Source of the DNA: Thermodesulfovibrionales bacterium
GTDB lineage: Bacteria > Nitrospirota > Thermodesulfovibrionia > Thermodesulfovibrionales > SM23-35
Direction of reading: 5' to 3'
Length of the DNA: 64,000 bases
NCBI GenBank assembly: GCA_963715195.1
Contig: CAVQRT010000003.1
Location: 1 to 64,000, forward strand
Position 1 is the first letter of the stretch. Every line of letters starts with the position of its first letter. Below the pieces are notes generated by a model. The model was given only the letters and a program-made list of their open reading frames with translations, did no database searches and was not told the origin of the DNA. Shown here in pieces: positions 62,191 to 64,000 of the stretch. A program made the position numbers and the translations under genes.

Positions 62191-62463
62191 ATGACAAAAG
62201 CTGATCTCGTCGACAAAATGGCAAAAGATGCAGACATATCAAAAACTGCGGCAGGGAAGGCTCTGGATTCCCTCATTGATACTGTCACCAGAACCCTGAA
62301 GAAAGGTGATAAACTTGCTCTTGTCGGGTTCGGCACTTTTTCTGTAGGCAAGAGGAAAGCCAGAACAGGCAGAAACCCCCAGACCGGTGCAACCATAAAA
62401 ATCCCTGCACGAAAAGTTCCGAAGTTCAGTGCCGGGAAATCACTCAAAGATGCTATAAAATAG
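62191..62463 (+). CDS. hup: DNA-binding protein HU (copy 2)
   Basis: HU signature; AGGAGG RBS. Confidence 0.95.
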   Translation: MTKADLVDKMAKDADISKTAAGKALDSLIDTVTRTLKKGDKLALVGFGTFSVGKRKARTGRNPQTGATIKIPARKVPKFSAGKSLKDAIK

Positions 62464-62490
62464 ATCCAACCGTCTTCATTACACATAACC

Positions 62491-62522
62491 GGGGCGGCAT
62501 CAACAGGTTGCCGCCTTTTTTT
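62491..62522 (+). terminator. Putative intrinsic terminator
   Basis: GGCGGCA...TGCCGCC followed by a T-run. Confidence 0.7.
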
Positions 62523-62608
62523 CGCCGCAGTAACAGTTTTTGTCATCCCGCAGCCATAGAAGCACGTTTTTTCGTCAATAATTTCAATGTCTTGTGAGTT
62601 CTTTTCTA

Positions 62609-62624
62609 TGGCACAAAACGTGCT
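62609..62624 (+). promoter_or_regulatory. Candidate sigma54 promoter
   Basis: TGGCAC-AAAAC-GTGCT. Confidence 0.5.
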
Positions 62625-62645
62625 TATATTACTGAATTGAATCAT

Positions 62646-64000
62646 ATGTCGACTGAACCAAGAACAGATCCTCATACCGGAAAAAAGAACGCCGTTCGGT
62701 GCTGGGAGGAATTCGGCTGTGCCGACCTCGCATGCCCGGCTTACAATTCCGGATCCTTCAGATGCTGGCTTTTTGCCGGAACCCACTGCCACAATCAGAT
62801 CCAGGGCAGGTTTATCGAAAAAATGGAAATGTGCCTGAACTGCAGTGTATTTCGGGTAAATATGGACACCGAATCCCTCCAAGAAACCCTCGAAGTTACC
62901 AGGCATCAATTTAACCAGTTCAGACAGCTTGTTGATGACAGAGATAAGGAAGCAGAGAAAATCAGCATGGAGCTTTCGATAGGATTGTCAGAAGTCTTCG
63001 ATGCGTTGAAAAAAATCGCTACCGGTGACCCAACCATACGGCTGTCAGAAAATTCAGAGATTGAGCTCATCAGCAAACTGAAATGCATGGTGAACCTGAC
63101 TGCCGAGGAAATCGGTGAAATCGTCAACCTCTCCCATGAGTTTGCCATTGATCTCGCCGAGCATTTCGATGTGCTTCACAGGGTTGCAAAAGGCGACCAC
63201 AGCTCTCGCGTCACCGGCAGCTCCCGTACTGAATTGTCGGAATCCCTGAAAAAAGTAACCAATGAGATGATCGAAAATATAGAGCGAGAAATTGCAGAAC
63301 GCAAGAGGGCAGAGACAGATTTACGCAAGAGCGAGGAACGGTACCGGAGTTTCTTAAAGAATTTCCAGGGCATTGCTTTCCGGGGCAGAATGGATTTTCG
63401 ACCGATTTTCTTTCACGGCTCCGTGGAGGATATTACGGGGTATAATCCCGACGTATTCATGAGCGGGCAGGTGAGATGGGATCAGGTCATCCATCCCGCT
63501 GACCTGGATCACCTTGCCGGTAACGATGAACTGCGTTCTAAGCCGAACTATTCCCTGTCACGGGAATACCGCATCATCCGGAATGACGGGGAAATTCGCT
63601 GGGTTCATGAAGTCATACGGAATGTTTGTGATGAATCCGGAATTCCGATACGGGTTGAAGGAGCAATCTATGATATTACCGACCGGAAGGTGGCACAGGA
63701 AAAAATGCTTCATATGGCTTTCCACGATGACTTAACCGGCCTTCCGAACCGCCATCTGCTCAAAGACCGCCTCAATCAGGCAATCAAGACAGCCCAGCAT
63801 CACAACCGGCTGGTTGCTACCCTCTTTCTGGATATAGACAATTTTAAACGGGTTAATGATACCCTCGGACATAATGCTGGTGACATGCTCCTCAAAAATG
63901 TTGCCGAGCGTCTGCAGGACTTTGTCCGCAGAAGCGACACAATATCGCGCTCCTCAAACGAAGGCAGCGACCCCACCATCGCGCGTCTTGGCGGAGATGA
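62646..64000 (+). CDS. Diguanylate cyclase-domain protein (Cys-rich N-terminus, HAMP-like, PAS, GGDEF); runs off the window
   Basis: Read manually from ATG 62646: CWEEFGC...CWLFAGTHC...CLNC; later 'HDDLTGLPNR', 'LDIDNFKRVNDTLGH..GD', ending in ARLGGD at the window edge. Confidence 0.88.
   Translation, partial: MSTEPRTDPHTGKKNAVRCWEEFGCADLACPAYNSGSFRCWLFAGTHCHNQIQGRFIEKMEMCLNCSVFRVNMDTESLQETLEVTRHQFNQFRQLVDDRDKEAEKISMELSIGLSEVFDALKKIATGDPTIRLSENSEIELISKLKCMVNLTAEEIGEIVNLSHEFAIDLAEHFDVLHRVAKGDHSSRVTGSSRTELSESLKKVTNEMIENIEREIAERKRAETDLRKSEERYRSFLKNFQGIAFRGRMDFRPIFFHGSVEDITGYNPDVFMSGQVRWDQVIHPADLDHLAGNDELRSKPNYSLSREYRIIRNDGEIRWVHEVIRNVCDESGIPIRVEGAIYDITDRKVAQEKMLHMAFHDDLTGLPNRHLLKDRLNQAIKTAQHHNRLVATLFLDIDNFKRVNDTLGHNAGDMLLKNVAERLQDFVRRSDTISRSSNEGSDPTIARLGGD

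Overview
A 64-kb chromosomal segment from an anaerobic bacterium; gene content suggests Nitrospirota/Thermodesulfovibrionia or Desulfobacterota (inference only). The left ~17 kb is a patchy accessory region: a DUF3300-DUF2950 locus with an 18-bp coding tandem repeat and a remnant of a second copy, a 5'-truncated IS630, cspA, an aeRF1-like release-factor homolog, a DnaJ-like protein, an orphan PAS kinase, a PilZ protein and a sigma-region-2-like orphan. The remainder is mostly housekeeping (hup x2, cfa, rlpA, thiL, lon, galU, ilvE, argS, nadE, rsmI, valS, nadC, bioA, prmC, gnd, zwf, purM, surE, pcm). The highlight is a selenium-linked neighbourhood at 44.7-55.2 kb. It holds a Sec-containing Tat-exported formate dehydrogenase operon and an SbtM-like radical SAM/SPASM maturase. 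Just upstream of the maturase is a 64-aa SbtA-like RiPP precursor that the ORF track misses, with a lipobox-like Cys, a Pro/Ala/Thr spacer, a near-terminal Ser-Ser-Sec(UGA) and a SECIS-like hairpin. Divergent from it is a DedA / flavin disulfide reductase / TIGR04283-like GT2 / DUF3047 cassette. Also notable: valS has no canonical start codon, and a triheme cytochrome has a hidden (EMKPELAP)6 tail. Several single-base frameshifts (fdnG, DUF2950, DUF3300, cytochrome) may be long-read assembly errors. No rRNA, tRNA or CRISPR array was recognised. All family assignments come from motif recognition, not database searches.
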